Assembly: GCA_963820525.1 (NCBI GenBank)
Contig: CAWGAA010000001.1
Span: forward strand, 1,600,001 to 1,664,000
Reading direction: 5' to 3'
DNA length: 64,000 nt
DNA from: an uncultured Spirochaetota bacterium
GTDB taxonomy: Bacteria; Spirochaetota; Spirochaetia; SZUA-6; Fen-1364
Shown here: piece after piece, positions 50,484 to 60,121 of the stretch
How positions within the stretch are numbered: position 1 is the stretch's first letter
Layout of the letters: each line of letters starts with the position of its first letter
The notes under the pieces: generated by a model
Databases searched by the model: none
What the model saw: only the letters and a program-made list of their open reading frames with translations
Told to the model about the DNA's origin: nothing
Translations under genes and position numbers: made by a program

Positions 50484-50507
50484 GCCAGTCCGCTTGCCGG
50501 CCACCGG

Positions 50508-51260
50508 CTATTTTGTAACCGTTTCCGCTCCCACGATCAAGCTCACCACCTCGTCGGGGTTCGTCTCTTTCGTGATAAGCTCTCCCACCTTCTCCCCGCG
50601 GCGCATGATGACCAGCCGGTCCGCCACGGAGAACACGTCATGCATCTGGTGGCTGATCACGATGATCCCGATCCCATGGGACCGGAGCGTCTTCACGATA
50701 TCGAGGACCTTCTTCTGCTCCGCAACCCCGAGGGCCGCCGTCGGCTCGTCCATGATGAGGAACTTGGCGTTCCAGTAGATGGAGCGCGATATCGCCACGG
50801 CCTGCCGCTGCCCGCCGGAAAGCGCGCGGATGCGGTTCCGAAGCGACGGGATGAGGATGTCGAGCTTTTCCAGGATCTTCCTGCTCTCCCCCTGCATGTA
50901 GTCGTGGTCGAGGACGGGCAGGACCCCCATGAACTTTTTCACCTTCTCGCGGCCGAGGAAGATGTTTGCCGGGGTGTTGAGGTTCTCTGCAAGGGCGAGA
51001 TCCTGGTAGATCGTCTCGATGCCCATTGCCAGGGCGTCCATCGTGGATTCGATGTTCACCTCCCGGCCCTCGAAGAGGATCGTGCCCGCGTCCGGCTTGT
51101 ACACCCCCGAGACCACCTTGATCAGGGTGGACTTTCCCGCGCCGTTGTCCCCCAGGAGGCCGACAACTTCTCCCGCGCTCACCCCCATGCTCACATTGTT
51201 GACCGCCGTGAGCCCTCCGAACCGCTTGACGATGTTCTTGACCTCCAGCAGGTAGCCCAC
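50508..51260 (-). CDS. Sugar ABC transporter ATP-binding protein
   Basis: GDNGAGKST, LSGGQRQ and MDEPTAAL. Confidence 0.92.
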   Translation of the reverse strand: MGYLLEVKNIVKRFGGLTAVNNVSMGVSAGEVVGLLGDNGAGKSTLIKVVSGVYKPDAGTILFEGREVNIESTMDALAMGIETIYQDLALAENLNTPANIFLGREKVKKFMGVLPVLDHDYMQGESRKILEKLDILIPSLRNRIRALSGGQRQAVAISRSIYWNAKFLIMDEPTAALGVAEQKKVLDIVKTLRSHGIGIIVISHQMHDVFSVADRLVIMRRGEKVGELITKETNPDEVVSLIVGAETVTK

Positions 51261-51262
51261 CG

Positions 51263-52315
51263 CTAGTCCTCCTTGTGTATCAGCTCGGGGAAGAATTGAT
51301 CTATCAGCACGGCGAGAATCAGGATCACCCCCACGGCGATGAACATGTCGAAGGGCTGGATCCCGGCCATCCGCAGCCCGTTCTCCAGCACGGAGAGGAT
51401 GAGGCAGCCCAGCATCGTGCCCCCGAGGCTCCCGATCCCTCCATAGAGGCTCGCCCCTCCTATGACCACACCGACGATGGAGAAGATGAGGAAAGAGACT
51501 CCCGCGTCCGCCTTTCCCGTAACGTACTGCAGCATGTAGATGATGCCGGCGAGCGTGGCGAAGAACGCGGAGATCATGTAGACGGCCAGGAGGTGCCTCT
51601 TTGTCCTGATCCCCGCCCTCACCGCCGCGTCCATGTTGCCGCCGATGGCGTAGTTGTGCCGGCCGAACCGCGTGCGGTGCAGGAGGAACGCGGCTACGAG
51701 GATGAACAGGGCGGTCACAACCACCATTGTTGGGATGATCTGGATGACACGGGTGCCGCGCTCGACGATGGGATAAACGAAGAACGAAAGCCCCTTGCCC
51801 TGCGCCCAATAGAGGAAGTAGCTGTTTCCGATGTCATTGGCCAGGATGGGCACGTCCTTTGCGGCGACCCCGCCGATCATGATGAGCGATGTGCCATAGA
51901 CGATCGAGCCCGTGGAGAAGGTTGCAAGGAACGCGGGGACCTTCAGGACCCCAACCAGGAATCCGCTTATCACGCCGGGGATCAGGCCGACGGCGAGGGT
52001 GATTGCGATGGACGCCATGATTGCGGCGGCCGGCGCCATGCCGGCCTTCGCGAACGCGGCGGCGAGCTTTGCGGACACGATTGTCGATAAGCCCATCAGG
52101 TAGCCGAGCGAAAGATCGACCCCGCCCGTGATGATGACGAAGGTCTCGGCCGTGGCCATGAGGAAGAGAAACGTCCCGTAGAAAAGCACGATCTGGATGC
52201 CGTTCAGGCTGAAGAATCCCTGGCCGATGAAGCTGAAGACGACGAGCTCCAGCACCAGGAACATCAACGCCCAGCGTTGTCCGATGAAGCTCACAACAGC
52301 GTTTTGCCGTCTCAC
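51263..52315 (-). CDS. Sugar ABC transporter permease
   Basis: VIITGGVDLS, FGRHNYAIGGN and VIGGASLYGG. Confidence 0.92.
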   Translation of the reverse strand: MRRQNAVVSFIGQRWALMFLVLELVVFSFIGQGFFSLNGIQIVLFYGTFLFLMATAETFVIITGGVDLSLGYLMGLSTIVSAKLAAAFAKAGMAPAAAIMASIAITLAVGLIPGVISGFLVGVLKVPAFLATFSTGSIVYGTSLIMIGGVAAKDVPILANDIGNSYFLYWAQGKGLSFFVYPIVERGTRVIQIIPTMVVVTALFILVAAFLLHRTRFGRHNYAIGGNMDAAVRAGIRTKRHLLAVYMISAFFATLAGIIYMLQYVTGKADAGVSFLIFSIVGVVIGGASLYGGIGSLGGTMLGCLILSVLENGLRMAGIQPFDMFIAVGVILILAVLIDQFFPELIHKED

Positions 52316-52333
52316 GATGCGCTCCTTGCCCGC

Positions 52334-53434
52334 CTAAAAAAGGTCGGGGAACAGCTGGTCGATCACGACCGCCCCGATCAGGATGACTCCCGTGGCTATG
52401 AAACGGTAGAAGGGATCGAAGCCCGAAAGGTTCAACCCGTTGTCCAGGATCTGCAGGATCAGGACGCCCACTACGGACGCCAGGATCCTTCCCTTGCCGC
52501 CCATGAGGCTCGCCCCGCCGATAATGACGGCCGCAATGGCGAAAAGCTCGTAGTTCGCGTTGAACGGGGTGTAATCTCCCGTGCCGCTCATGAAGACCTT
52601 CACGATCCCCGCAACGCCCGCAAGCATCGCGGACAGGACATAAACCAGGATCAAGTGCCTGCCGGTGTTGATCCCCGCCCGGACGGCTGCGTCCATGCTT
52701 CCGCCGATGGCGTAGGTATGCTGCCCGAATCGCGTATGCTTCAGGACGTACCACAGCACCGCCACGAACACCACCGTGAGGATGAGGGAGTCGGGGAAGA
52801 CCCGCACGAGGTCCTTGATCTCGGAGCCCAGGGTGCCTGAGGGCATGGTGAAAAAGCTCGAAAGACGGCTGTGGGGATTGAAGTAGTAGACGAACCCGTT
52901 TCCGATCCGGGTCAGGCTATCGGGGAGAAAGGCGATGGGAAAGCCGCCGTCGCTTGCATGCAGCGTAACCCCGTATGCCACGCTCCAGACCCCGATCGTC
53001 GCGATGAAGGACGGCACCTTGAAGCGGGCCACCAGCACCCCGTTGGCGAGGCCGCAGAGAAGGCTCGCGCCCAGCGCCACGACGACACCCACGGCCACCG
53101 CGGGAGCAGCAGACCACTGCACGCCGAACTGGGAGGCGTAGAGGTCACGGATGATCCCAGCGGAGGCGATCGCCGAAAGGCCCATGACGTAGCCCACCGA
53201 GAGGTCGATGCCCCCCGAGACGATGACGAAGGTCTCGGCGCACGCCAGGAGGATGTAGATGCCGGCCGAGGAGAGGATGTTTTCGAAGTTGTTGAGGCTG
53301 AAGAAGTTCTTCCCCGTGAACGCGAACACCGCCACCATCAGGAGGAGGAAGACGAGAGACCAGTTCTTCCCGAGCACCGAGACCGCCCGCGACTGCGGCG
53401 AGCCGTTTCTTACGACCGCGGATCTGTCCCCCAT
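52334..53434 (-). CDS. Sugar ABC transporter permease
   Basis: VIVSGGIDLSVG, FGQHTYAIGG and IIGGASLMGG. Confidence 0.92.
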   Translation of the reverse strand: MGDRSAVVRNGSPQSRAVSVLGKNWSLVFLLLMVAVFAFTGKNFFSLNNFENILSSAGIYILLACAETFVIVSGGIDLSVGYVMGLSAIASAGIIRDLYASQFGVQWSAAPAVAVGVVVALGASLLCGLANGVLVARFKVPSFIATIGVWSVAYGVTLHASDGGFPIAFLPDSLTRIGNGFVYYFNPHSRLSSFFTMPSGTLGSEIKDLVRVFPDSLILTVVFVAVLWYVLKHTRFGQHTYAIGGSMDAAVRAGINTGRHLILVYVLSAMLAGVAGIVKVFMSGTGDYTPFNANYELFAIAAVIIGGASLMGGKGRILASVVGVLILQILDNGLNLSGFDPFYRFIATGVILIGAVVIDQLFPDLF

Positions 53435-53494
53435 TCGCGCTACCCTCTTCTCACCTGGATTCTAAGCGACTGCCGAGTTTCAATCAATGAGAGA

Positions 53495-53529
53495 GGGGGG
53501 ATCGCCGTGAACAGCCCCGGCGACCCCCC
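53495..53529 (-). terminator. Intergenic stem-loop after the binding-protein gene (mRNA stabiliser or partial terminator)
   Basis: GGGGGG-A-TCGCCG...CGGCGA-CCCCCC inverted repeat. Confidence 0.55.
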
Positions 53530-53543
53530 GGAGCATCACGCTT

Positions 53544-54542
53544 CTATTTCTTGTAGATCCACTGCTGCATGTTGGGATCGCTCACGTTGTCCTTCGTGAA
53601 GAACTCGAACCCGGGGATGACTTTCTTGGGGATTTCGGTTTTCGCGGTCAGGAACTTGTAGCCCCAGTCCACCGCGAGGGAGCCGATCTCGCCGGGCTTC
53701 TGCGCAAGAACCAGGTCCACCTTGCCGGCCTTGAGCGCCTCGATGAGCGTCTCCGTGGCATCCCAGGAGGCAATTTTCACTGCGCCGGTGAGGCCCTTGT
53801 TGACCACGGCCTGGTTGGCGCCCTGCGCGCTGAACACGTTGGTCCCGAAGATCCCGACGATGTCGGGGCTCTTCTGCAGCGCCGCGGCCACCTGCTCCTG
53901 GGCCTTCTGTTGAACGTCGAGGCACCAGTCCACGCCGACCAGCTTCATGTTAGGGAACTCGGCGATTCCCTCCGTGAACCCCTTCACGCGCCCAACCACG
54001 GATGAGGTGTCGGGGTTGGTCGCCTCGCAGAACACCTTGCCCTTCTCTCCCACGAGCTTGGCCACGTGCTCGGCCACCTGCTTGCCGCCCAGCTCATTGT
54101 CGGAGCCGATGTACGCCAGGGGGAAGGAGTAGTTGCTCTGCTTGGAGTAGTCTCCGTCGCCGAGGAACGTGTCCACCGTGATGACCTGCACGCCGCTGTC
54201 GTAGATCTTCTTCAGCGGAGCGATAAGGGCGTCGACCGATACCGGCGCGATCAGGAGCATGTCGATCCCTCCCTTGGCCATCATGGCCTGGAGGATGGGA
54301 ACCTGTGCCTCGGGGCCCCAGGTGGTGGGATAGTCGCCGACGATCAGGGTGACCCCCAGCTCCTGGGCCTTTGCCCGGATGCCGCGCTCCATTGTGAAGT
54401 AGAACGGGTCAGCAATCCCGGGCATGAAGGCCATGGTCACGGTCTTCTTTGCCGCCGCCTTTTTCTGGCAGCCGGTGAATACCATCAATACCGCGAGCAG
54501 GGCCACGGCTACGACGAGGGCGATCCTCAGACTCTTCTTCAT
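53544..54542 (-). CDS. Sugar ABC transporter substrate-binding lipoprotein (RbsB-like)
   Basis: Lipobox FTGC, DPFY, IGSDN, RVKGF and AQKP; AGGAGG RBS. Confidence 0.92.
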   Translation of the reverse strand: MKKSLRIALVVAVALLAVLMVFTGCQKKAAAKKTVTMAFMPGIADPFYFTMERGIRAKAQELGVTLIVGDYPTTWGPEAQVPILQAMMAKGGIDMLLIAPVSVDALIAPLKKIYDSGVQVITVDTFLGDGDYSKQSNYSFPLAYIGSDNELGGKQVAEHVAKLVGEKGKVFCEATNPDTSSVVGRVKGFTEGIAEFPNMKLVGVDWCLDVQQKAQEQVAAALQKSPDIVGIFGTNVFSAQGANQAVVNKGLTGAVKIASWDATETLIEALKAGKVDLVLAQKPGEIGSLAVDWGYKFLTAKTEIPKKVIPGFEFFTKDNVSDPNMQQWIYKK

Positions 54543-54589
54543 ACGTACCTCCTATTTAATGGGAAATGGTTAACAACCGCAGTAATAAG

Positions 54590-54605
54590 AGCAAAGGGCG
54601 TGCCA
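54590..54605 (-). promoter_or_regulatory. Sigma-54 (-24/-12) promoter
   Basis: TGGCACGCCCTTTGCT matches TGGCAC-N5-TTGC, ~48 bp upstream of the SBP start. Confidence 0.85.
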
Positions 54606-54735
54606 ATAATTCCTCGGGTTATTGAGCCTGTCGGGATTACAGTCTTGTGCAACTTTATATTTGGCATAAAATTAAAATGACCCATGAAATCAAGTGATTT
54701 GGAGTCGCTGTTGCGTACCCGAACTGGCTACCCTG

Positions 54736-54754
54736 GTATCCACTAAGTGGATGC
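54736..54754. promoter_or_regulatory. Palindrome, candidate upstream activator site
   Basis: GTATCCAC-TAA-GTGGATGC, ~130-150 bp upstream of the sigma-54 site. Confidence 0.4.
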
Positions 54755-54869
54755 TTTAATATCCAGGCGACGGGCAGAATCGATTGCCTGAGAGGTCCGT
54801 CCTGCACAGTCCGCTACTTCGGGCCGCCCGCTGCTGCCAACCCAAGGCTAAGGACCATTAGTAGATCCA

Positions 54870-55897
54870 CTATGATGATCGTCAAGCCGCCGGTCGATCC
54901 TCCTTCACTCTCTTCAGCACGCGCTCATACTGCCTGAGCTTCTTCTCGTACAACCGCCGGTCCATCCATCGGTACTGCTCGCCACTGAGCAACATCCTCC
55001 TCATCATCCCGCAGAGCTTGCGGATCACGGCGATGCGGGCTCGGCCGGTTCCTCGCTTGTCCCTCAGCTCACTGGTAGTAACGATCCAGGGACACCGAGG
55101 ATGCGGCGACATAGTGCACGCACTGCGTGAGGATCGTCCGAGTCAGCTTCCGGGACTCGCGAGTAATGTGGCCAGGCCGACTCTTGCCTCCACTGTTGCT
55201 CGCCCGCGGCACGAGCCCCAGATACACGCGTTCATCTTCCGGAGGGTCCTGAACCTCCGGATGTCTGCCACATCAGCCAGGAAGGCGAGCGCGATCAAGG
55301 GTGTGACCCCCTTGATGCTGATCAGAAGCTCCACCTGGCTCCGCAGCGGTTCCCCAGCGAGCAGGATCTCCGTGGCCAGCCGCTCCTTCGCTTCCTCCAC
55401 CTTCCATAGTACGTGCAGCGTCAGCTCCAGGCAGACGCGACTGGCCGGGGAGACGTTCATCTCCTTCAGCAGCTCCAGCCCGCTCTCCGGCGCGAACAGC
55501 CGACTCTTGAGCTCCTTCTTCAGCTCGACCCCGTTCTTCACGAGGATCGCCTGGGCGTTGTTCTTGTGCGTCGCGATCTGCCGGTTCAGCAGGCAGTATT
55601 GCGCGAACAACTTCCTCAGCTCTCGCACCACCCCTGTCGGCTTGCACACCGTCGGAATCCCGAACTCCCCCGTCACCACGTGTACCCACAGCGCCTTCGC
55701 CAAGTTGCGCGCATCCTGCTTGTCCGTCTTATTCCACGAGTCCTTGATGATCCGGAACTTGCGCGGATCCACCACGAAGCACCTCGCCCCCTTCGCCTCG
55801 ATCTGATCCGCCCAAAAGAAGGCCCCCGTCGAAGCCTCCAGGACCACTGCGTCCGTTGGTCCCAGACCCTCCACGTACTTCACAAACTCCCGGCAGT
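54870..55897 (-). mobile_element. IS110-family element remnant (5'-truncated, two frameshifts)
   Basis: VVLEASTG and KTDKQDA (DEDD domain, first Asp lost); IKGV; YLGLVP..SNSGG and AVIRKL after frameshifts at ~55225 and ~55075; ends CTTGACGATCATCATAG. Confidence 0.88.
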
Positions 55898-56009
55898 GTA
55901 GTTGCCCGCTTTCTAGTCCGCGGGACTCCCGCGCTCTGGTTTCAGGAATGACCCGCGTAGTTATCTCAAATCCCGCAATGATATCATTTTTCATTTCCGC
56001 CAATAAAAT

Positions 56010-56035
56010 GGAGTGCGAAGCGGTACTCGCACTCC
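56010..56035 (-). terminator. 9-bp perfect hairpin, possible terminator
   Basis: GGAGTGCGA-N8-TCGCACTCC, followed on the minus strand by ATTTTATT. Confidence 0.45.
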
Positions 56036-56110
56036 CGGATTCTGTACATCTGATTTGCTTAGCGCTGAATGACGGCCTGGACATGTTCGGCTTCCACTTG
56101 AGCGCTGTTT

Positions 56111-56208
56111 GCGTCCTATGACTATCGGCTATTCATTTAATATGCCCTTCCGTATTGCATGCACGGAATGCGAATGTACGGTGTCCTATTACATCTGCAC
56201 AACGTAGC
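56111..56208 (+). repeat. Direct repeat copy A (pAgo 3' end plus AbiEii-like 3' end)
   Basis: About 80% identical by hand alignment to 60092-60190. Encodes ASYDYRLFI* on + and YVVQM** on -. Confidence 0.9.
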
Positions 56209-56305
56209 TGGATCGGGAAGAGTGGGGTTTCTATCGCCTGCTCTGCTTGTCCCTTCTTCTGCGGAACGCTATTCTATGCACAATAGACAGGGGTAAACTG
56301 GGCAC

Positions 56306-59300
56306 ATGTACAAGGAGGGAGAGACTCTCCGCTTGGCAGCGACCGACATCGGGAATCACTTGGCGTGCCGACACCTGACCCAGCTCGATCGCGCCGTTGC
56401 CGAAGGTCGGCTTTCAGTCCCTATCTGGAGGGACCCGGAGCTCGCCCTCCTTCAGGAGCGGGGCCTGGCCCATGAGAAGGCGTATATCGAGCATCTGCGC
56501 GCCAGCGGTCTCCAGGTCGCCGAGGTGCGGACCGAGAACGGTGGGTCGCCCGTTGAGAGAACCATCTCCGCGATGCGCGCAGGTACCGACGTGATCGTCC
56601 AGGCGGACCTAGGTGAGGGCCGGTGGATCGGTCGCGCCGATGTGCTCCTCAAGGTCCCCGAGCCCAGCGATTTGGGTGACTGGTCTTATGAGGCGGCGGA
56701 TACAAAGCTCTCCCAGGAAACGCGTGCCGGAACGGTGCTACAGCTTTGTCTGTACTCCGATATAGTTTCGCATGTGCAGTGTCGAACGCCAACCCTGATG
56801 CATGTGGTGAAGCCAGGTCCGGAGTTCCCGCGGGAGAGCTTTCGCTTCGATGACTTCAGTGCCTACTTCCGCCTTGTTCGGCGGCGCCTGGAGGAAGCCG
56901 TCGCGACGCCGCCATCCCAATCGACGTACCCCAACCCCGTACCCCACTGCGATATCTGCCACTGGTGGAAGGAATGCGACACTCGCAGACATGACGATGA
57001 TAATCTCTGTCTGGTCGCGGGCATCCGTCCCCTTCATATCGGAGAGCTTGAGCGCCAGGGGATTCACACGCTCCAGCAGTTCGCAGAAGAGCCGAAGCCG
57101 TTCAGGGAGAAACCTGCGCGCGGGAATCCAGAGACATTCGCCAAAGCCCAAAGGCAAGCGCAGATCCAGCTTGCGGGCAGGAAGGCGGGTAGACAACTCC
57201 ACGATATCCTGGATCCAGAGCCGGGGATGGGCTTTGAACGGCTCCCTGAGCCGGACACGGGCGACCTTTTTTTCGATATCGAGGGAGATCCGTTTGCAGG
57301 TGAAGGCGGCCTGGAGTACCTGCTCGGCGTGGCGTTCGCGGGGAAAGACGGTACGCTTGAATACAAGGCCCACTGGGCGCTGAATCGAGCGGAGGAGCGC
57401 AAAGCCCTCGAGGGCTTCATCGATTTCGTCATGGACCGCTGGCAGGCGCACCCCGGGATGCATATTTATCATTTTTCTCCCTATGAGCCCGGCGCAGTGA
57501 AGCGCCTCATCGGTCGGCACGGGACGCGGGAGACGGAGCTGGACCGCCTGCTGCGCGCAGAGCGGTTTGTCGATCTGTACGCAGTGACGCGCCGGGGACT
57601 GCGCGTGAGCGTGGAAAGCTATTCGCTCAAGTCTCTGGAGGAGAGTTACAGCTTCGTTCGGGCCATGGACCTTCGGGCGGCGGGGACCGCGCTTCGCCGC
57701 ATTTCCCGAGTGCTGGAGCTGGCCGTGTTCGATGAAATCTCAGCCGCGGACCGCGCAACAGTAGAGGCGTACAACCGGGACGACTGTCTTTCGACAGCAG
57801 CGCTCCGAGTCTGGTTGGAAGAACGACGAACCGAGCTGGAAACAAATGGACGGCCGATTCCCCGGCCCGAAGCGAAAAGCGGCGATGCCAGCGAGGCTGT
57901 AGAAGAAAAAGCCGCGGACGTGAAGCTCGTCTATGCTCAGCTGACTTTGGGCCTGCCGAGAGATCGGGAAAAATGGGGACCAGCGGAGCGGGCGCGGTGG
58001 CTTCTCGCTCACCTGCTGGAATACTTCAGGCGTGAAGACAAGTGCGCGTGGTGGGAGTTCTTCAGGATCCATGGGCTTGATCACGACGAGCTGTTGGAGG
58101 AGCGAAAGGCGATATCCGGACTCCAATTCGTCGGAGATGAGGGAGGCTCGGCGCGGGCCCCCGTCCATCGCTACAGCTTCCCCGACCAGGAAGCTGCCAT
58201 CGATGACGGGGATGAGCTGTACGAGATCGGTGGAGAGAGAATCGGGAAGGTTGGCGCCGTGGACCTGTACCATCAGATTCTTGAGATCGTGAAGAGCTCC
58301 AAGTCAAAGGATATCCACCCGTCCGCCGTGATGGTCAGCGAACGCGTCCCGCCGAAGCCCGTGGACAGCGCTCTCCTTCAATTCGCAGCCTCCGTGGCGT
58401 TGACGGGTGTTGATGGAAATGGTCCGTATCGCGCTGCGCGCGACCTGCTTATGAGAAGTAATCCTCGACTCCGGATGCCGATGCAGGGTTCGTTGCGCAA
58501 AGCCGGGGAAGAAATTGTCGATACCGCGGTGCGGCTGGTGCGCGCCCTGGACAACAGCATCCTGCCCATCCAGGGACCACCCGGCACTGGCAAAACCTAT
58601 ACGGGGGCTCGGATGATCGTTGCCCTGGCCAGGGAAGGTAAGCGGATCGGCGTGACTGCCGTGAGCCACAAGGTGATCCGAAATCTCCTGCACGAGGTCA
58701 TACACGCTGCTAGCGAGGAGCGCATGGCGCTTCAGGGCATCCACAAGCTCAGCAAGTTGAGCGGAGATGCAGCGCCGGGCATAGAAGAGACGGATGACAA
58801 TGCGGAGGCGCGCGCAGGGCTCGGTGCAGGCAAGGTGGCCGGAGGTACCGCCTGGTTCTGGTCGCGTGAGGACATGATCGGCTCCGTCGACTATCTCTTT
58901 ATAGACGAGGCCGGGCAGATGTCCCTTGCGCACGCGCTGGCCGCGGGTCGGTCCGCGAGAAACCTTGTACTTCTAGGAGACCCGCAGCAGCTGGAACAGC
59001 CCCAGCGCGGCGTGCACCCGGAAGGCGCCGAGGTGGCCGCGCTCGTGCACATCCTGGGAGCCCACAAGACTATTGCGGATGAGGCGGGCCTATTCCTGGA
59101 CGAGACCTGGCGATTGCATCCCAAGATCTGCCGGTTCACCTCCGAGCTTTCCTACGAAGGACGGGTGCACACTCACGCTGGACTCGACAAGCAGGCGCTG
59201 AACGGCGACACGCACTTTGCGGGAAGCGGTCTTTTCTACGTGCCGGTGGATCATGAAGGGAATCAAAACAGCTCATGCGAGGAAGTTGAGGTCGTTGCGC

Positions 59301-59716
59301 GTATCGTCGAAGACCTGCTCAAGGCCGGAGTGACATGGACCGATGCGAGTGGAAAAACACTGAGGCTGGAAAAGTCTAACATCATGGTTGTCGCTCCGTA
59401 CAATGCCCAGGTAGCCGCTATTACAAATCGCCTTCCGCGCGAAGTACGGGTGGGCACTGTTGATAAATTCCAAGGCCAAGAAGCACCGGTGGTTGTCTAC
59501 TCTATGACAAGCTCTTCCGCGGCGGATGCGCCGCGTGGCATGGGGTTCCTCTACAACACCAATCGCCTCAACGTGGCCACAAGTCGCGCGCGGTGCGTCA
59601 GCATCCTCGTGGGCACACGCCGGCTGCTGGAGCCGGAGTGCAACAGCCCAGACCAGATGCGCTGGGCGAACGGCCTGTGCCGCTATCGGGAATTAGCTGC
59701 GGAGATTGTTATATAA
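56306..59716 (+). CDS. TM0106-family RecB-like nuclease / RNase H-like / SF1 (Dna2/Upf1-like) helicase fusion
   Basis: N-terminal C..L, ADVLLK..YEAADTK..Q..LY, HCDICHW..C; FFDIEGDP, YNRDDC; helicase QGPPGTGKT, DEAGQ, GDPQQL, GTVDKFQGQE and RLNVATSRAR. Confidence 0.9.
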   Translation: MYKEGETLRLAATDIGNHLACRHLTQLDRAVAEGRLSVPIWRDPELALLQERGLAHEKAYIEHLRASGLQVAEVRTENGGSPVERTISAMRAGTDVIVQADLGEGRWIGRADVLLKVPEPSDLGDWSYEAADTKLSQETRAGTVLQLCLYSDIVSHVQCRTPTLMHVVKPGPEFPRESFRFDDFSAYFRLVRRRLEEAVATPPSQSTYPNPVPHCDICHWWKECDTRRHDDDNLCLVAGIRPLHIGELERQGIHTLQQFAEEPKPFREKPARGNPETFAKAQRQAQIQLAGRKAGRQLHDILDPEPGMGFERLPEPDTGDLFFDIEGDPFAGEGGLEYLLGVAFAGKDGTLEYKAHWALNRAEERKALEGFIDFVMDRWQAHPGMHIYHFSPYEPGAVKRLIGRHGTRETELDRLLRAERFVDLYAVTRRGLRVSVESYSLKSLEESYSFVRAMDLRAAGTALRRISRVLELAVFDEISAADRATVEAYNRDDCLSTAALRVWLEERRTELETNGRPIPRPEAKSGDASEAVEEKAADVKLVYAQLTLGLPRDREKWGPAERARWLLAHLLEYFRREDKCAWWEFFRIHGLDHDELLEERKAISGLQFVGDEGGSARAPVHRYSFPDQEAAIDDGDELYEIGGERIGKVGAVDLYHQILEIVKSSKSKDIHPSAVMVSERVPPKPVDSALLQFAASVALTGVDGNGPYRAARDLLMRSNPRLRMPMQGSLRKAGEEIVDTAVRLVRALDNSILPIQGPPGTGKTYTGARMIVALAREGKRIGVTAVSHKVIRNLLHEVIHAASEERMALQGIHKLSKLSGDAAPGIEETDDNAEARAGLGAGKVAGGTAWFWSREDMIGSVDYLFIDEAGQMSLAHALAAGRSARNLVLLGDPQQLEQPQRGVHPEGAEVAALVHILGAHKTIADEAGLFLDETWRLHPKICRFTSELSYEGRVHTHAGLDKQALNGDTHFAGSGLFYVPVDHEGNQNSSCEEVEVVARIVEDLLKAGVTWTDASGKTLRLEKSNIMVVAPYNAQVAAITNRLPREVRVGTVDKFQGQEAPVVVYSMTSSSAADAPRGMGFLYNTNRLNVATSRARCVSILVGTRRLLEPECNSPDQMRWANGLCRYRELAAEIVI

Positions 59717-59934
59717 CGGCTATTACTGCTATGCTTCGTTAAGAGCCGGCTGCCTGAGGATGCTATAGCGGTTATGGCTGGGGGATGCCTTCCGGCAGGA
59801 AACGCGAATGAGCGATTGACTTTTCCGATTCCTTCTTGCCTTCACCGAAGTTTGCCGATACTGTGAAGGCATATCGAGACTGAACTTTCTCTATTTCAAA
59901 TGGTATATCCACGCATGCTCAGAGGAGCAGGTGT

Positions 59935-60121
59935 CCTCGGTCGTAAGGCTTTGAAGCAAATCTGCTTTGAAATACTCGGCCTGTCGAAAATGAACTGGAA
60001 TACCTTCGACCTTTACACCAAAGATCCGGCGACACTTCATTCCTCAAATGAGATCGCGCGCATCGGTTCTCTGTTACAGCGGTTCGGCGGCGCGTCCTAT
60101 GACTACCGGCTGTTCATTTGA
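59935..60121 (+). pseudogene. C-terminal fragment of a prokaryotic Argonaute (PIWI domain)
   Basis: EILGLSKMNWNTFDLYTKDPATLHSSNEIARIGSLLQRFGGASYDYRLFI* fits the PIWI ending (EILxLTKxNWN...PxT...YxxxI/M). No upstream Ago coding sequence is visible. Confidence 0.88.

Noticed and set aside
55898..56084. N-terminal 60 aa of the 313-aa ORF as the transposase start
   Set aside because: There is no G(I/L)D first catalytic motif and the composition differs; it is a chance in-frame read-through.
56040..56110. Possible further degenerate pAgo sequence upstream of repeat copy A
   Set aside because: Only a faint resemblance (IC...GL..M) with stops and frameshifts; not distinguishable from chance by eye.
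59711..59777. attC-like site after the helicase (ATATAAC ... GTTATGG, with the stop codon inside the first box)
   Set aside because: Only the outer ~11 bp pair, there are no complementary L boxes, and no integron integrase is in the window.
59900..60121. 73-aa ORF as a functional mini-Argonaute
   Set aside because: It lacks MID and most of PIWI, and the first ~12 codons look non-homologous, so it is treated as a remnant.
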